Assembly (NCBI RefSeq): GCF_018977255.1
Contig: NW_024704742.1
Span: 123,444,001 to 123,508,000, forward strand
Direction: 5' to 3'
From: Callorhinchus milii
Lineage: Eukaryota
DNA: 64,000 nt
The notes beneath the pieces are model-generated. The model was given only the letters and a program-made list of their open reading frames with translations, ran no database searches and was not told the origin of the DNA. A program made the position numbers and the translations under genes. Positions within the stretch are counted from its first letter, which is position 1, and each line of letters begins with the position of its first letter. Below are positions 62,251 through 64,000 of the stretch, one piece after another.

Positions 62251-62610
62251 TGAAGCTGTCATCTTACAGATCTATGAAGTTGTCAAAAAAACATAGACAT
62301 GCCTATTTCATCCAGTCCCTGTCTTGTCCCCTGCCCTAACCACCATACCTTTGGTGGGCAGGCCTTCAGCCATTTAGCAGTTCTTTGGTACTCCCTCCGA
62401 CTTCCTCCCTCTCTCACCTCGTTCAAGGTTCGTCTCAAGATGCACCTCCTTGACAGTGCCTTCAGTCATCGTTCCTCCCCATGGCTCCCATCCCCAGTAG
62501 GGTGCCCAGTCAGCAGTGACATTCTCCTGTTGTGAAAGATGCTATATAAATGTAGTTGATCATTTGTGAAGATGAAGAGGTGACCTTTAAAATGGGATTT
62601 AAAGATAGAT

Positions 62611-63583
62611 GAACATAGGAACAGGAGGAGGCCGTTCAGCCCTACAAGCCTGTTCTGCCATTTAATTAGATCGTGGCTGATCTGTACCTCAGCTAATCCT
62701 TTCAATTCCAATTTTGCGCTTTCTCCCCATATCCCTTTATACCTTGACCAACCAAAAATCTATCAACCTCACTCTTGAAGGTGTGGATGGATCCAGTATC
62801 CACAGCCTTTTAGGGGAGAGAATTCCAGATTTCTACCACCTTTCAGTGAAAAAATGCTTCCTCATTTCACTCTTAAATGACCTGGTTCTAATTTTAAGAC
62901 TATGCCCCCTTGTTTTGGATTCCCCTCACCAGAAGAAATAGTTTCTCTCTATCGACCCTATCAAATCCCTTTATCATCTTAAATACCTCAATCAAATCAA
63001 CCCTCAACTTTCTAAACTCAAGGAAATACAATCCAAGTTTACGCAGCCATTCCTCGTAACTTAACCCTTTTAGGCCTGGTAGCATTCTGGTGAACCTACT
63101 CTGCACCCCATCCAGGGTCAATATATCTTTCCTGAGATGTGGTGCCCAAACCTGAATGCAATAATCCAGATGGGGTCTGACTAACGCTCTATACAACTGA
63201 AGCATCATTTCTTCCCTTTTGTATTCCAGACCTCTCGAGATATAGGTCAACATTCTATTTGCCTTCTTGATTACTGTTTGCACCCGGGAACTAGTTTTTA
63301 GTGATTTGTGGATGTGGAAACCCACATCTCTTTGCCCCTCCACAGTTCTTAATTTCTCCCCATTCAGAAAATATTTTGCTTTATCTTTTTTTGGTCCATA
63401 GTGGATGATCTCACACTTCCTTACATTGAATTCCATCTGCCACAGGTTTGCCCACTCATTTAATCTGTCTAAGTCCCTGAATAACTTCCTACTTCCATCT
63501 ACACAACTTACTGAGCCTCCTAGCTTAGTGTTGTCTGCAAACTTGGATATAAAACTTTCTTGTCCTTCATCCAAGTCATTTAC

Positions 63584-63614
<31 letters not shown>

Positions 63615-63660
63615 TGGAGGTCCCAGTTCAAACCCCTGGGGGACACTACTTGTCACTGGG
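62611..63660 (-). mobile_element. CR1 LINE ~1 kb RT/C-terminal fragment with (TA)n expansion
   Basis: 248-aa ORF with SKFADNTKLGG, WQMEFNVRKC, RPHLDYC. Confidence 0.95.
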
Positions 63661-63664
63661 GTCC

Positions 63665-64000
63665 CTCATCAGCACCACTTTCTTCCACCTCTGACACATC
63701 GCCCATCTCCGCCAATACCTCACCCCAAAAGCCGCCGGAATCCTGTTCCATGCCTTTGTCACCTCTCGGCTGGACTATTCAAATGCCCTCCTCGCCGATC
63801 TCCCCTCCACTATTGTTCACAAAATCCAGGTCATCCAGAACTCTGCCGCCCACATTCTTACCCGCACCAAACTCCGCTCCCCAATTACGCCAGTCCTTGC
63901 CAGACTGCACTGGCTGCCTGTCCCAGAGAGGATCGACTTCAAGATCCTCACTCTTGTCTTCAAATCTCTCCACTCCTCTGCACACCCCTACCTCTCTGAC
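63665..64000 (+). mobile_element. L2 LINE fragment running off the window
   Basis: HAFVTSRLDYSNALL, IQNSAA, LHWLPV by hand translation. Confidence 0.9.

Noticed and set aside
51400..64000. SLC38A9 coding exons expected from human synteny
   Set aside because: No recognisable SLC38A9 peptide found by eye

Overview
This is eukaryotic genomic DNA from a vertebrate. The CR1 and L2 LINEs and tRNA-derived Deu-type SINEs point to a cartilaginous fish, possibly a holocephalan; that assignment is inference only. The main feature is an essentially complete DDX4/vasa gene on the minus strand. It has 19 hand-assembled coding exons from ATG at 48570 to TAA at 18283 (2079 nt, 692 aa; coding exon 2 is tentative), all DEAD-box motifs, an RG/FG-rich N-terminus, a C-terminal EDAWE, two polyA signals, and a CpG-island promoter with a probable non-coding first exon near 51013-51250. 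About 2.5 kb downstream on the same strand is a signal-peptide-like exon (15441-15528) that may start a type I cytokine receptor; DDX4-IL31RA synteny in amniotes suggests this, but no extracellular-domain exon was found. The rest is dense in fragmented CR1 and L2 LINEs and two SINE families, with one putative solo LTR and one Tc1/pogo-like relic. Most ORFs in the supplied track are LINE remnants or chance ORFs. Less expected structure: a near-perfect ~350-bp inverted duplication, a second inverted duplication, a young SINE that looks like a tRNA-CORE-Deu-L2 chimera, a relic copy of a vasa exon acceptor, an unnamed 3-copy repeat, and a perfect 18-bp minisatellite next to the vasa start exon. 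I found no convincing wholly new biological system. Repeat boundaries are read by eye and approximate.
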